64,000 nucleotides of DNA, taken from Geminicoccaceae bacterium. Lineage in GTDB: Bacteria; Pseudomonadota; Alphaproteobacteria; Geminicoccales; Geminicoccaceae. Below, one piece after another: positions 1 to 9,208 of the stretch. How positions within the stretch are numbered: the stretch's first letter is position 1; every line of letters begins with the position of its first letter. Position numbers and translations under genes: made by a program. A model generated the notes under the pieces. That model saw only the letters and a program-made list of their open reading frames with translations, was not told where the DNA came from and made no database searches. Where the stretch lies: NCBI GenBank assembly GCA_028285265.1, contig JANQPX010000079.1:109006-173005 (forward strand), given 5' to 3'.

Positions 1-1
1 C

Positions 2-1510
2 GAAGATCCGCTTGCAGCTGCCGCCGCTTTCACCAAAGGACGCGGGATCGACGGCGTGATCATCACGGCCTCCACACGAAGCAACGAGCCGGTATCCCAA
101 GGGGCTCGTATGTGCCGAAAGCGTGGACGCATCATCCTCATCGGTGTCGTTGGGCCGGAAATTTCGCGGGCAGACTTCTACGAAAAGGAATTGAGTTTTC
201 AGGTCTCCTGCTCTTATGGGCCGGGCCGCTACGACGCTGCCTACGAGCAAAAGGGCCAGGACTATCCATTCGGCTTCGTGCGTTGGACCGAAAAGCGAAA
301 CTTCGAGGCGTTCTTGGATTGCCTCGCCGCCGGTACCATTGATATCACCCCGCTCATCTCTCATCGCTTTGAGATCGAGGACGCCGCTAAAGCTTATGAT
401 GTCTTGAATGGCAAAGGGCCCTATGAGGGGCTCATGCTCAACTATGCCAATGCATCGACCCTCAAAGATGGGGTTTTGACGCGGCAGGTCTCGCTCGGCT
501 CATCGACGCCAGGTCAATCCCCCGCCAGCGGTGGCAAGGCGGTCTTAGCGGTCATTGGTGCTGGAAACTATGCTGGTCGAAAGCTGATTCCCGCCTTTGT
601 AAAGACGCCGGCGTTGCGCCGAACGATTGTGAGCCAGCGCGGTGTGACCGCAAGCCACTTTGGCAAGAAGTTCGGCTTTGAGACGGCAAGCTCGGATGTC
701 GGCTCCGCTATCGATGATCCCGCGGTGAACGCCATTGTGATTGCGACTAGGCACGACAGTCATGCTGACCTTGTCTGCAAGGCGCTCCGTGCCGGCAAGC
801 ATGTGTTTGTCGAGAAACCATTAGCGCTCACCGAGGGGGAACTCGCCGAGATCGAGACTTGTTATCAGGCTCAAGTCGCCACGGGCCATCAGCGGCATTT
901 GATGGTTGGCTTCAATCGTCGATTTGCCCCACATCTCGTGAAGATCAAGTCGCTCTTGGAGCCGGTCCAGGCGCCGAAGACGATGATCATGACGGTGAAT
1001 GCTGGCGCCATCCCTGCTAATCACTGGACGCAGGATCGCACCATTGGTGGTGGTCGCATTATCGGTGAAGGTTGCCACTGGTTCGATCTGATGCGCCATC
1101 TCGTTGACGCGCCGATCGTTGGCATTCAGGCACGTTCGGTTGGCGGCGATCACGCCGGCGGCACACCTGAAGACAAGGCGACGATCACGCTTAGTTTTGC
1201 TGATGGCTCGATTGGCACGCTCCACTATTTTGCCAATGGCGCGAAGAGTTTTCCCAAGGAGCGTCTAGATGTTTTTGCAGAGGGGCGCATTCTACAGTTC
1301 GAGAACTTCAGGAAGGTCACCGGTTATGGCTGGCCCGGCTTCAGAAAACTATCGAGCTGGAGCCAAGACCGTGGCCAAGATGGGTGCGTGTCGGCCTTCA
1401 TCAATGCGGTGGAGCAAGGCGGTCCATCGCCGATTCCCTTTGCTGAACTGATGGATGTCAGCCGAGCCGTGATCGAGGCTGATCGTTTGCTGCGCGAGAA
1501 GTCAGCCTAG
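2..1510 (+). CDS. bi-domain oxidoreductase, 5'-truncated at window edge (C-terminal part of a Zn-type alcohol dehydrogenase domain fused to a Gfo/Idh/MocA oxidoreductase domain)
   Basis: The frame is open from base 2 (EDPLAAAAFTKGRGIDGVIITAST...) and continues the listed 56..1510 ORF. The second half has a Rossmann start (AVIGAGNYAGRKLIPAF) and a Gfo/Idh/MocA-like core (VFVEKPLALT, GFNRRFAP). Confidence 0.75.
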   Translation, partial: EDPLAAAAAFTKGRGIDGVIITASTRSNEPVSQGARMCRKRGRIILIGVVGPEISRADFYEKELSFQVSCSYGPGRYDAAYEQKGQDYPFGFVRWTEKRNFEAFLDCLAAGTIDITPLISHRFEIEDAAKAYDVLNGKGPYEGLMLNYANASTLKDGVLTRQVSLGSSTPGQSPASGGKAVLAVIGAGNYAGRKLIPAFVKTPALRRTIVSQRGVTASHFGKKFGFETASSDVGSAIDDPAVNAIVIATRHDSHADLVCKALRAGKHVFVEKPLALTEGELAEIETCYQAQVATGHQRHLMVGFNRRFAPHLVKIKSLLEPVQAPKTMIMTVNAGAIPANHWTQDRTIGGGRIIGEGCHWFDLMRHLVDAPIVGIQARSVGGDHAGGTPEDKATITLSFADGSIGTLHYFANGAKSFPKERLDVFAEGRILQFENFRKVTGYGWPGFRKLSSWSQDRGQDGCVSAFINAVEQGGPSPIPFAELMDVSRAVIEADRLLREKSA

Positions 1511-1806
1511 GTCGTCCAAGCGGTGCATTCCTGACCAGCTGAGCCATGTCCCATGGGACGTGATGCGTTGGACATGACATGACCATGTCTTGATCATGCC
1601 GATGCTCGACCGCCGTGTCGCGTTGACTTATGCCTGCCCTGACAGACGCCAAAAAAAGAATCTCAAGCTGACCTGCTATCCCGAAATGACATGATGTCCT
1701 GGCAGGTTTCTGTCGAAATATGTCGAGCACAAAGTGGGAACAGAGTCAGGAGCTGGGAATGTAAGAACAACATCGTAATTCGCGTCTATGGTGAAAATTA
1801 CAGATG

Positions 1807-1821
1807 TTAAAAAACCATTAA
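1807..1821. promoter_or_regulatory. CtrA-type box TTAA-N7-TTAA upstream of the glycan cluster
   Basis: TTAAaaaaccaTTAA in the AT-rich intergenic region, 206 nt upstream of the sugar transferase start. Motif match only. Confidence 0.25.
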
Positions 1822-2026
1822 TGCAAAGATATGAGACCGTAAAAACACGGGTAGGGGAAAATGAAGAACCCTCTGAGTCTTCTCCTTGACATGTGTAGGG
1901 CTGAAAAAGTTAGTAAGAACAAATTCGTATAAAAAACATGGACTTTGCAGGAAAACTTAAAGGCGAAACCCGCGAGTTGTTTTCAACGCTCTTCGGTTAT
2001 CGCCACGAGAACATCTTGCGAAAGTC

Positions 2027-3643
2027 TTGACTGCGCTTGGTCACGTTATGTTTGTTGGGAGTTCGACCTTGGAACAGGTCAGTTCAAATGGAGAAACACC
2101 GCCTAAGCGGTATTACTGGATGATCCAGGCGTTCGACGTGACGGTCACGGTCGCCGCCTTCGTCCTTGCATTCAGTCTCCGCACCGAGTTTCAGTTTTCC
2201 GACTCCTATTGGCTCGCCTTCAAATGGGGCATTCCCATCGTGGCGGTGGTGTCGCTGATCGCTTACCACGCGGTTGGACTGTTTCGGGGAACGTGGTCGC
2301 AGACGGCGGAAGCTGACCTTTTCGTGGTGGTGAAAGGCGCGACCCTGGTGAGCGCCCTTCTGATCACCGGCATGGTGCTGACTAACACCCTTGCCGAGAT
2401 CCCGCGTTCGATTCCGCTGATTCACTGGTTCATCACCGTGGTTGCCCTTTATGGCTCGCGCATGCTTTGGGCGAAGTATCGCGACGCCAAGGTGGCGGCT
2501 GATAAGTCGATCGCTCTTCTGGTCGGCTGTGATAAGGCCGCGTTTCGATTTCTGACCAGCATGCAGGTTCTTGCCGGCAGTCGTTTCCAGATTTTTGGCC
2601 TGCTCGACGACAGCGTTGATAGAATGCGCATCGGTCGGACCATCCGGGGGACGCCCGTCATTGGTCAGGTGGATCGTGCCGACGAATGCCTTGCGCATCT
2701 CGGTGTTCATGGCGTGTTTCCCGACCGCTTGATTGTCATGCAATCGTTTCGACAGGTCTCGCCAGAGCGGTTTACCAGATTGGAGCAACTGGCCGATCAA
2801 AAGGGCATTGGTATCGACGTCGTCAACGATAGCATTTGGGGCGACGATCGTGGTGACGCTCTGCCGAAAGAAACGGCGCCGTCGGCCAATCCGATTTTGA
2901 GTGCCAAGCGCTACCTACGTTGGCGACGCCCGGTGGAATGGCTGGTCGCGATGGTGCTGGTCGGGCTGCTGTCGCCGTTTTTCATTCTCCTCGCCGGGCT
3001 TTGCATGATCGATGTCGGTCGACCTGTGTTCTTCTGGCAGATGCGCCCCGGTCGCTATTTGAAGCCGATCAAACTGATCAAGTTCCGCACGATGCGAAGT
3101 GGTCTGGACAAAAACGGCAACGCGCTTTCCGATGACGAACGCACGTCGACACTTGGACGCTTAATCCGCCGCTCCAAGCTTGATGAATTGCCTCAGCTCT
3201 TGAGCATTCTTCGCGGTGATATGTCGTTCATTGGTCCACGCCCGCTCCTTCCTCGTGATCAGCCGGAGGATGCTGAGCTCAGGGCCATTGTTCGTCCGGG
3301 GGTCACGGGTTGGGCCCAAGTCAATGGCGGGCATCCCTTGGAGATCGAAGAGAAGTTCGCGCTTGATATTTGGTACATCCAGAACGCGTCGCTTTGGCTC
3401 GATATCAAGATCATGTGGCGTACGCTGCGGACGGTTCTCCTTGGCGATCGTGTGGATCGTGCTGCGATCAATCAAGCCAAAGTGACCCGCGAGAGTCTTC
3501 GTCCTACAGCTCGGAAGCTTCAAAAGGCCGGCTCAGAGCCTGCGTCGGTGGAGGAGGCTCTTGACGAGCACATCCAGCGCGGTAATCGGCCAGATGGCGT
3601 TTGGTGGTCAGGGTCAGCTGACACTCTTGATCGCGCTTCTTAA
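2027..3643 (+). CDS. polyprenyl-phosphate glycosyl-1-phosphate (priming) sugar transferase, WbaP/ExoY-type bacterial sugar transferase family
   Basis: Multi-TM N-terminus. The C-terminal domain carries PVFFWQMRPG, KFRTMR, DELPQLLSILRGDMSFIGPRP and GWAQVNG motifs. The TTG start at 2027 is uncertain; an in-frame ATG lies at 2048. Confidence 0.85.
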   Translation: MTALGHVMFVGSSTLEQVSSNGETPPKRYYWMIQAFDVTVTVAAFVLAFSLRTEFQFSDSYWLAFKWGIPIVAVVSLIAYHAVGLFRGTWSQTAEADLFVVVKGATLVSALLITGMVLTNTLAEIPRSIPLIHWFITVVALYGSRMLWAKYRDAKVAADKSIALLVGCDKAAFRFLTSMQVLAGSRFQIFGLLDDSVDRMRIGRTIRGTPVIGQVDRADECLAHLGVHGVFPDRLIVMQSFRQVSPERFTRLEQLADQKGIGIDVVNDSIWGDDRGDALPKETAPSANPILSAKRYLRWRRPVEWLVAMVLVGLLSPFFILLAGLCMIDVGRPVFFWQMRPGRYLKPIKLIKFRTMRSGLDKNGNALSDDERTSTLGRLIRRSKLDELPQLLSILRGDMSFIGPRPLLPRDQPEDAELRAIVRPGVTGWAQVNGGHPLEIEEKFALDIWYIQNASLWLDIKIMWRTLRTVLLGDRVDRAAINQAKVTRESLRPTARKLQKAGSEPASVEEALDEHIQRGNRPDGVWWSGSADTLDRAS

Positions 3644-3735
3644 GCTGGCACGCCGAGCCTTAGGGCTGGGTCGATAGAGCCAGGCCGACAATCCGGATGT
3701 GGCGACATCGTGCGAACCCAACGGGTCCTGCCAAT

Positions 3736-4938
3736 ATGAAGATTCTTATCTGCAACTATGAATACCCGCCGCTTGGTGGTGGCGGTGGAGTGGTCACGGC
3801 GCAGCTCGTCGAGCAACTGGCGAAACGGCATGATGTCACCGTGTTGACCTCAAAGGCGTTTGATCTTCCAGAAGAGCAACAAGAGAACGGTGCCCGTATC
3901 ATCCGGGTTCCGGTGTTCGGACGGACGAAAAAGGCCGCAGGTAGTCTGCCGTCTCTTCTCTCATATGTGCCCGCGGCGATCAAACGCGGGAAGGCGCTCA
4001 TGAAAACGGAGCGCTTCGACGTTATCAATACCCATTTTGCTGTGCCGACCGGCCCCGTTGGCGATGCGCTCGCCGGTCATGCCGGCATTCCGAACATCCT
4101 CTCGGTTCATGGCGGCGATCTCTACGATCCAAGCAAGTGGATGTCGCCCCATCGACATTGGATTCTGCGCCGTTTGATCCGAGGCTTACTCAGGCGTGCG
4201 GACCGGGTGGTCGGTCAGTCCAAGAACACCAACGCCAATGTTGGGACCTACTATACCAAGGATGTTGAGCCTGTTTTGGTGCCGCTTGGCATCGAACGCC
4301 CAACAATCCGGCCGGCGGATCGCCAAGCCTATGGGCTTTCGGATGACGATGTGCTTCTTGTGACCGTCGGTCGTTTGGTCGCGCGAAAGGGCCTCACACA
4401 ACTGGTCCAGCTGATGCCAGAGCTGACCGGACAACGCGCCAAACTGCTGGTCATCGGCACCGGCCCAGAGGAGGCGATGCTCAAGGCTGAGTCAGCCGAG
4501 CGAGGTCTCGATGAGCATGTGCGCTTCTTAGGTGCCCTGACCGATCAGGAAAAATTCGACGTGCTGGGCATGTCAGATCTCTATGTGTCCTCTAGTCAGC
4601 ATGAGGGTTTTGGTCTGGTCTTTCTCGAGGGTATGGCCGCCGGGCTTCCGGTGGTCTGTTACGACCATGGAGGACAGACCGATTTTCTCGTTGATGGTGA
4701 GACCGGTTACCTGGTCCGGCTGAATGACAAAGAAACGCTCGCTCGGCGCATCAGAGACCTTGTGATTGACGGCGCGCTCCGGCAAAAGATTGCTGAGAAT
4801 AATCGTGCGCTGGTCGAGCGTTACTTCATCGAATCCATGGCGCAAGCCTATGAGGCGCTTTTCGACAAGGCGCTTCGGGAGCGCGGTCTTCCGACCGGTT
4901 CGGACACACTCAAGGCAGACGATCGACAAGCAGCTTAA
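3736..4938 (+). CDS. glycosyltransferase family 4 (GT-B fold)
   Basis: N-terminal MKILICNYEYPPLGGGGGV and C-terminal EX7E-type motif (SSQHEGFGLVFLEGMAAGLPVV). Start moved from 3697 to the in-frame ATG at 3736, which matches the usual family N-terminus. Confidence 0.85.
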   Translation: MKILICNYEYPPLGGGGGVVTAQLVEQLAKRHDVTVLTSKAFDLPEEQQENGARIIRVPVFGRTKKAAGSLPSLLSYVPAAIKRGKALMKTERFDVINTHFAVPTGPVGDALAGHAGIPNILSVHGGDLYDPSKWMSPHRHWILRRLIRGLLRRADRVVGQSKNTNANVGTYYTKDVEPVLVPLGIERPTIRPADRQAYGLSDDDVLLVTVGRLVARKGLTQLVQLMPELTGQRAKLLVIGTGPEEAMLKAESAERGLDEHVRFLGALTDQEKFDVLGMSDLYVSSSQHEGFGLVFLEGMAAGLPVVCYDHGGQTDFLVDGETGYLVRLNDKETLARRIRDLVIDGALRQKIAENNRALVERYFIESMAQAYEALFDKALRERGLPTGSDTLKADDRQAA

Positions 4939-4991
4939 ACGGGATCATGGCCCGGTCGCGACGATATGCGGGCGCATGAAAGTGGAAACGC

Positions 4992-6239
4992 ATGGCAGAA
5001 AGCAGCACCATCACGGCAGACGACCTGCCGGGTCGACGGCGTCTTTTGCGTGTCGGTCTTCTTGTTTTGGTGGTTCCACTTGTCCTCGCTCTCGCTCTCT
5101 TCGCTTATCTTGTGCGCCCGACCTCGCTTGGGGCGGCGAAAACTGCGGTTGGCGAGGGATTGGATGAGGCGCGCCAGCTCTGGGTAGCGGTATCGCACTG
5201 GCCATCTGCTCCTTATCCCAAGAGCGACGTTTTGGCGGGTTTCGAACTCGATTGGACAAGCCATAAACGACTTGCCGAAGGCAGCGGCGATTGGGGGACG
5301 ACCTGGGCTGATGATGGCCATCTCTACACCGCCTGGGGAAATGGCGGTGGGTTTGGCGGGACCAATCTGGATGGACGGGTGATGCTTGGCTTTGCCCGGA
5401 TTGAAGGCGATCCCGACGACTATCAGGCGTTCAATGTTTGGGGCGGCGTCAACGCAGAGAATCCAGCTGAATTTGGCGGCAAGGCTTACAGCCTCTTGAG
5501 TGTCGATGGTGTCCTCTACACCTGGCGCTGCGGTGATGCTGATGGCGATACCGCTCTGGTTTCTCAAGAACTTTTCAGATCGACCAACCACAGCGCCACG
5601 TGGCGCCGTACCGGCGTCAGGTTCGAGCAGAATATGCTGGCGGAAGGCGATCCAGGTTTTTACTGTCCGGTGTTCCTCCAGTTTGGCAAGGATTATGAAG
5701 GCGCTCGGGACGGATACGCATATATCTATGCGCCGGAGATTCAACAAACCGACAGCCTCTACCCTCAAATTCCTGGCGAAGTCGCGCTGATGCGTGTGCC
5801 CGAGACAAAGATCAACGTGCGCTCCGCTTACGAATTTTTCGCGGGCTTCGATGCTGACGGCGAACCCATCTGGTCCTTCGACGGTCGTGCCCGCTCGGCC
5901 GTTTTTGAAGATGCGGAAAACGGCATCACGCAGCATATCGCCGCCGTCTATAACCCTGGTCTCGATCGATACATTTTGATCGCCGAGCATTCCACGCATG
6001 CTGAGGGAAACTTCGGCATGTATGAGGCACTGACGCCATGGGGACCCTGGCGCACTGTGCACTTTACCGACGGCTTTGGTCGTTTCGAAACGCTCGACAA
6101 CAGTTTTATGTGGGTGATCCCGAGCAAATGGCTGAGTGACGACGGTCAGTCCTTCACCATGATCTATACAGGCAAAGGGCGAAACGACAGCTGGAATACA
6201 GTGAATGGTCGCTTCCTGCTTGCGGATCGCAGCCAATGA
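4992..6239 (+). CDS. hypothetical membrane-anchored protein, possible beta-propeller or glycoside-hydrolase-like domain
   Basis: One N-terminal TM (LLRVGLLVLVVPLVLALALFAYLV) followed by a Gly/Trp/Asp-rich soluble domain (DGHLYTAWGNGGGFGG, DGVLYTWRCGD, PWGPWRTV). Third codon positions are GC-rich in this frame. Function was not recognised with confidence. Confidence 0.65.
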   Translation: MAESSTITADDLPGRRRLLRVGLLVLVVPLVLALALFAYLVRPTSLGAAKTAVGEGLDEARQLWVAVSHWPSAPYPKSDVLAGFELDWTSHKRLAEGSGDWGTTWADDGHLYTAWGNGGGFGGTNLDGRVMLGFARIEGDPDDYQAFNVWGGVNAENPAEFGGKAYSLLSVDGVLYTWRCGDADGDTALVSQELFRSTNHSATWRRTGVRFEQNMLAEGDPGFYCPVFLQFGKDYEGARDGYAYIYAPEIQQTDSLYPQIPGEVALMRVPETKINVRSAYEFFAGFDADGEPIWSFDGRARSAVFEDAENGITQHIAAVYNPGLDRYILIAEHSTHAEGNFGMYEALTPWGPWRTVHFTDGFGRFETLDNSFMWVIPSKWLSDDGQSFTMIYTGKGRNDSWNTVNGRFLLADRSQ

Positions 6240-6279
6240 TGGCCATTGACGCCGAGGGCAGGGATTTGCATGGCTGGGT

Positions 6280-7302
6280 ATGGCGCTCATGATCGCGAGC
6301 GACGTACAAGCCATGGGGCGGCCGAAGTCCACGGCGAAACGTTGGCTGATCGGCGGCGCCAAACTCGCTGTGACCTCGGGCCTTTGTTGGTTGATCATTG
6401 GGTGGATCGACTGGCCATTGTTTCTCACGACATTGCAGAACGCCCATTACGGACTGATGGTGATTGTCTTTGTCGTCGCGAGTGCCGACATCGTCGTCAG
6501 CGCCTGGAAGTGGCGGATCTTATTGCTTGGGCACGGTATTGATTTCCGGCTAACGGATCTCTCGCGCTGGTACTTTACAGCAGCGTTCTTCAACGCCTTC
6601 CTGCCTACGAATATCGGCGGTGACGGCTATCGGTTGTTAAAGACCTACGATAATCCAAGGGGCAAGGCGCGCGCATTGGGTGCCTTGTTACTCGAACGGA
6701 TAACAGGCGTTATCACGCTTGGCGGCCTCGGTTATCTTGCGGCGCTGATTGTCTGGTGGCGCACCGGGAACACGCTAGCTGGCTCGCTAGCTGTCATCGG
6801 GACCATTGGTGGCGTCGGCACGATCGTGTTGTTGCTGTTGATTTGGCGGGTTGGTTTGATTGGCCCCCTTGGGCGTATTCGGCTGCTGCGAACGATTGTC
6901 GACAAAAGTGCCGAAGTCATCTCGGATTGGAAAGGCCAAACCGGGCGCATGGTGGCGATCATGGCGCTGTCTTTGGCATTCCACGTCATCCGCATTGGCT
7001 TTATTTGGCTATTGATTTTTGCACTCGGCACGTCTGTCGATCCGGTGGAATTGACGGTCGCGCTTTTTGCGGTCGAAGTGGCCGCGATGATACCGATCAG
7101 TATTGGTGGAATCGGTGTGATGGAAGGATCTTTTGTCTATGTGATGAGCAGTTTTGGTCTAAACAGTGAGTCAGGGTTAGCTGCGATGCTGGTGCTCCGT
7201 GTGCTGACACTCGTGCTCGCCCTGATCGGTGCCGTCCTTTACCTTGCCGAGGACAAAGTTAGGCCAGTCGCCGTGAAATCATCGAGTCCTGTGAGCCCCT
7301 AG
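6280..7302 (+). CDS. UPF0104 / lysylphosphatidylglycerol-synthase-TM-region family membrane protein (flippase-like domain)
   Basis: Polytopic membrane protein with the family motif AWKWRILL...FFNAFLPTNIGGDGYR. Confidence 0.75.
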   Translation: MALMIASDVQAMGRPKSTAKRWLIGGAKLAVTSGLCWLIIGWIDWPLFLTTLQNAHYGLMVIVFVVASADIVVSAWKWRILLLGHGIDFRLTDLSRWYFTAAFFNAFLPTNIGGDGYRLLKTYDNPRGKARALGALLLERITGVITLGGLGYLAALIVWWRTGNTLAGSLAVIGTIGGVGTIVLLLLIWRVGLIGPLGRIRLLRTIVDKSAEVISDWKGQTGRMVAIMALSLAFHVIRIGFIWLLIFALGTSVDPVELTVALFAVEVAAMIPISIGGIGVMEGSFVYVMSSFGLNSESGLAAMLVLRVLTLVLALIGAVLYLAEDKVRPVAVKSSSPVSP

Positions 7303-7397
7303 AGAGTCATCGTGGTGCGATACCACGTAGGCTCGTAAGTCTTTAAGTCCGACAGATCTGAAAGATTGGACAAAGACCAAAACGAGGAGGAAGGCGC

Positions 7398-9167
7398 TTG
7401 ATCATACTTGGGATCAGCGACCATTATATAAGTGGCGCCGCCATCATTGTGGATGGCCGTATTGTCTCCGCCGTGGCCGAAGAACGGCTGGCGCGGAAGA
7501 AGATGGTGATGGGTTTTCCCTGGAAGGCGATTGGAAAGGCGATGGAGATCGCCGGCGTTGGCCCGGGAGACTTGACCGAAGTGGCGATTGCCTCGGATTG
7601 GGGGCATTTCCTAAAGGGCTATGTCGACTTTTCCGACGGCGTCTTTGGCGTCAAGGAAACCTTCGTCCGCTCGCTCTTCTTCCGGGTCGGCTCGCAACTC
7701 GGCTTCTTGCGTTCGAAGGTGCCTCTCTTAGAGAAGCTCTACTACGATCTTCGAAAGCCCGCTTTTGAAAAGAGAAAGCAGGCCATCCGCCAGGCGTTGC
7801 AATTGGATTTTGGCATTACGGTTCCGGTTTCTTTCGTGTCGCACCATTTCTGCCACGCCGCCGGCGCTTACTACGCTTCCGGCTATGACGATGCCTTGGT
7901 CGCGACCTTGGATGGAGCAGGCGACGGCGATAGCTCTCATGTCTATTCCGTTAAGAATGGACGCTTTGAGCTCCTGCACAACGTGCCGAGCTTCGACAGT
8001 CTCGGCGACTATTACGGTTACGTGACGCAGATCAGCGGCTTTAAGGCTGGCAAGCATGAGGGCAAGATCACCGGGCTTGCGGCTTATGGTCGACCGACGC
8101 TTCGCGGCGTCTTCGAAAAGTTCTTCCGTTACCAAGACGGCAGCATGCGCAATATCGGTAATTGCTTTCGTCATGCCGCCCTTCGCAAGCTGAGAAAGGC
8201 ATTGCCTGACGGCTATAAGCGCGAGGATCTTGCTGCAACGGTTCAGGACTTAGCGGAAGACGTTGCTCGCGCCTATATCGGCCATTGGTGCCAAAAAACT
8301 GGTCACCGCAACGTCGCGCTCGCGGGCGGCGTGTTCGCAAACGTCAAGATCAATCAACGTGTCTTGGAGACTGATGGTGTCTCGTCCGTCTTTGTCTTTC
8401 CCGCCATGTCCGATGAGGGCATCGCAGCAGGTGCTGCCTTGGTTCGGCATGCCGAACTAAGCGGATGGGAGCCGCAGGAGCGTGCGTGTATCGATCATGT
8501 CTATCTCGGGCCCGAATTCAGTGACGCGGAGATCGAAGAGGCGCTTGGCGCTGCTGATGTCGAGTTTACGAAGGCAGACGATATGGCCAAGGAAGTGGCC
8601 AAGTTGCTCGCGGATGGCAAGGTCGTCGCCCGTTTTGCCGGCCGCATGGAATATGGTCCACGCGCTCTTGGCAATCGGTCGATTCTCTATCGGCCCGATA
8701 GCCCGGCGGTGAATGATTGGCTGAACGAGCGCTTGAAGCGTACGGAGTTCATGCCCTTTGCGCCGTCAACACTGGCTGAGGATGCGGCTGGGTATTTCAT
8801 TGGTATTGAGGGTGCTGAGAACACAGCGCGCTTCATGACCATCACCTTCGACTGCACTGATGTGATGAAGAAGACTTGTCCAGGTGTCGTGCACATCGAT
8901 GGTACGGCACGCCCCCAGGTCGTACATGCCCATGACAACCCGGACTATCACCGCATCATCTCGGAATTCAAGCGTCTGACCGGGCTGTCTTGTGTGGTCA
9001 ACACCAGCTTCAATATCCATGAAGAACCGATCGTTTGCACGCCGCAGGATGCGATCCGCGCCTTTAAGGTCGGTCATCTGGACGTCCTTGCCATTGGAGC
9101 CTTTATTGCCATTAACCCGGCGGTGAAGGCAAAGGACGCTGAAAAACAAGAACTAGCCATCGCTTGA
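7398..9167 (+). CDS. carbamoyltransferase, NodU/CmcH family
   Basis: ILGISDHYISGAAIIVDGRIVSAVAEERLARKK N-terminus, HHFCHAAGAYYASG, and the C-terminal carbamoyltransferase domain (GRMEYGPRALGNRSIL, VNTSFN). TTG start is preceded by GAGGAGGAAGG. Confidence 0.9.
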   Translation: MIILGISDHYISGAAIIVDGRIVSAVAEERLARKKMVMGFPWKAIGKAMEIAGVGPGDLTEVAIASDWGHFLKGYVDFSDGVFGVKETFVRSLFFRVGSQLGFLRSKVPLLEKLYYDLRKPAFEKRKQAIRQALQLDFGITVPVSFVSHHFCHAAGAYYASGYDDALVATLDGAGDGDSSHVYSVKNGRFELLHNVPSFDSLGDYYGYVTQISGFKAGKHEGKITGLAAYGRPTLRGVFEKFFRYQDGSMRNIGNCFRHAALRKLRKALPDGYKREDLAATVQDLAEDVARAYIGHWCQKTGHRNVALAGGVFANVKINQRVLETDGVSSVFVFPAMSDEGIAAGAALVRHAELSGWEPQERACIDHVYLGPEFSDAEIEEALGAADVEFTKADDMAKEVAKLLADGKVVARFAGRMEYGPRALGNRSILYRPDSPAVNDWLNERLKRTEFMPFAPSTLAEDAAGYFIGIEGAENTARFMTITFDCTDVMKKTCPGVVHIDGTARPQVVHAHDNPDYHRIISEFKRLTGLSCVVNTSFNIHEEPIVCTPQDAIRAFKVGHLDVLAIGAFIAINPAVKAKDAEKQELAIA

Positions 9168-9208
9168 CGTCAATAAGTAACAACAACGTCTCGAGGAACG
9201 AAGAGAAC

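Noticed and set aside
3646-3662. TGGCAC sequence resembling the -24 element of a sigma54 promoter before the GT4 gene
   Set aside because: The GC dinucleotide of the -12 element is not at the required spacing (TGGCAC-N5-TTGC). A similar near-miss at about 31918 was also rejected.
4935-6428. 497-aa ORF on the minus strand spanning the whole 4992-6239 gene and the start of the next one
   Set aside because: Its translation is Arg/Pro/Ala-rich low-information sequence with no motifs. It mirrors a plus-strand gene that has sensible motifs, a TM anchor and GC-rich third positions. This is a typical shadow ORF of GC-rich DNA.
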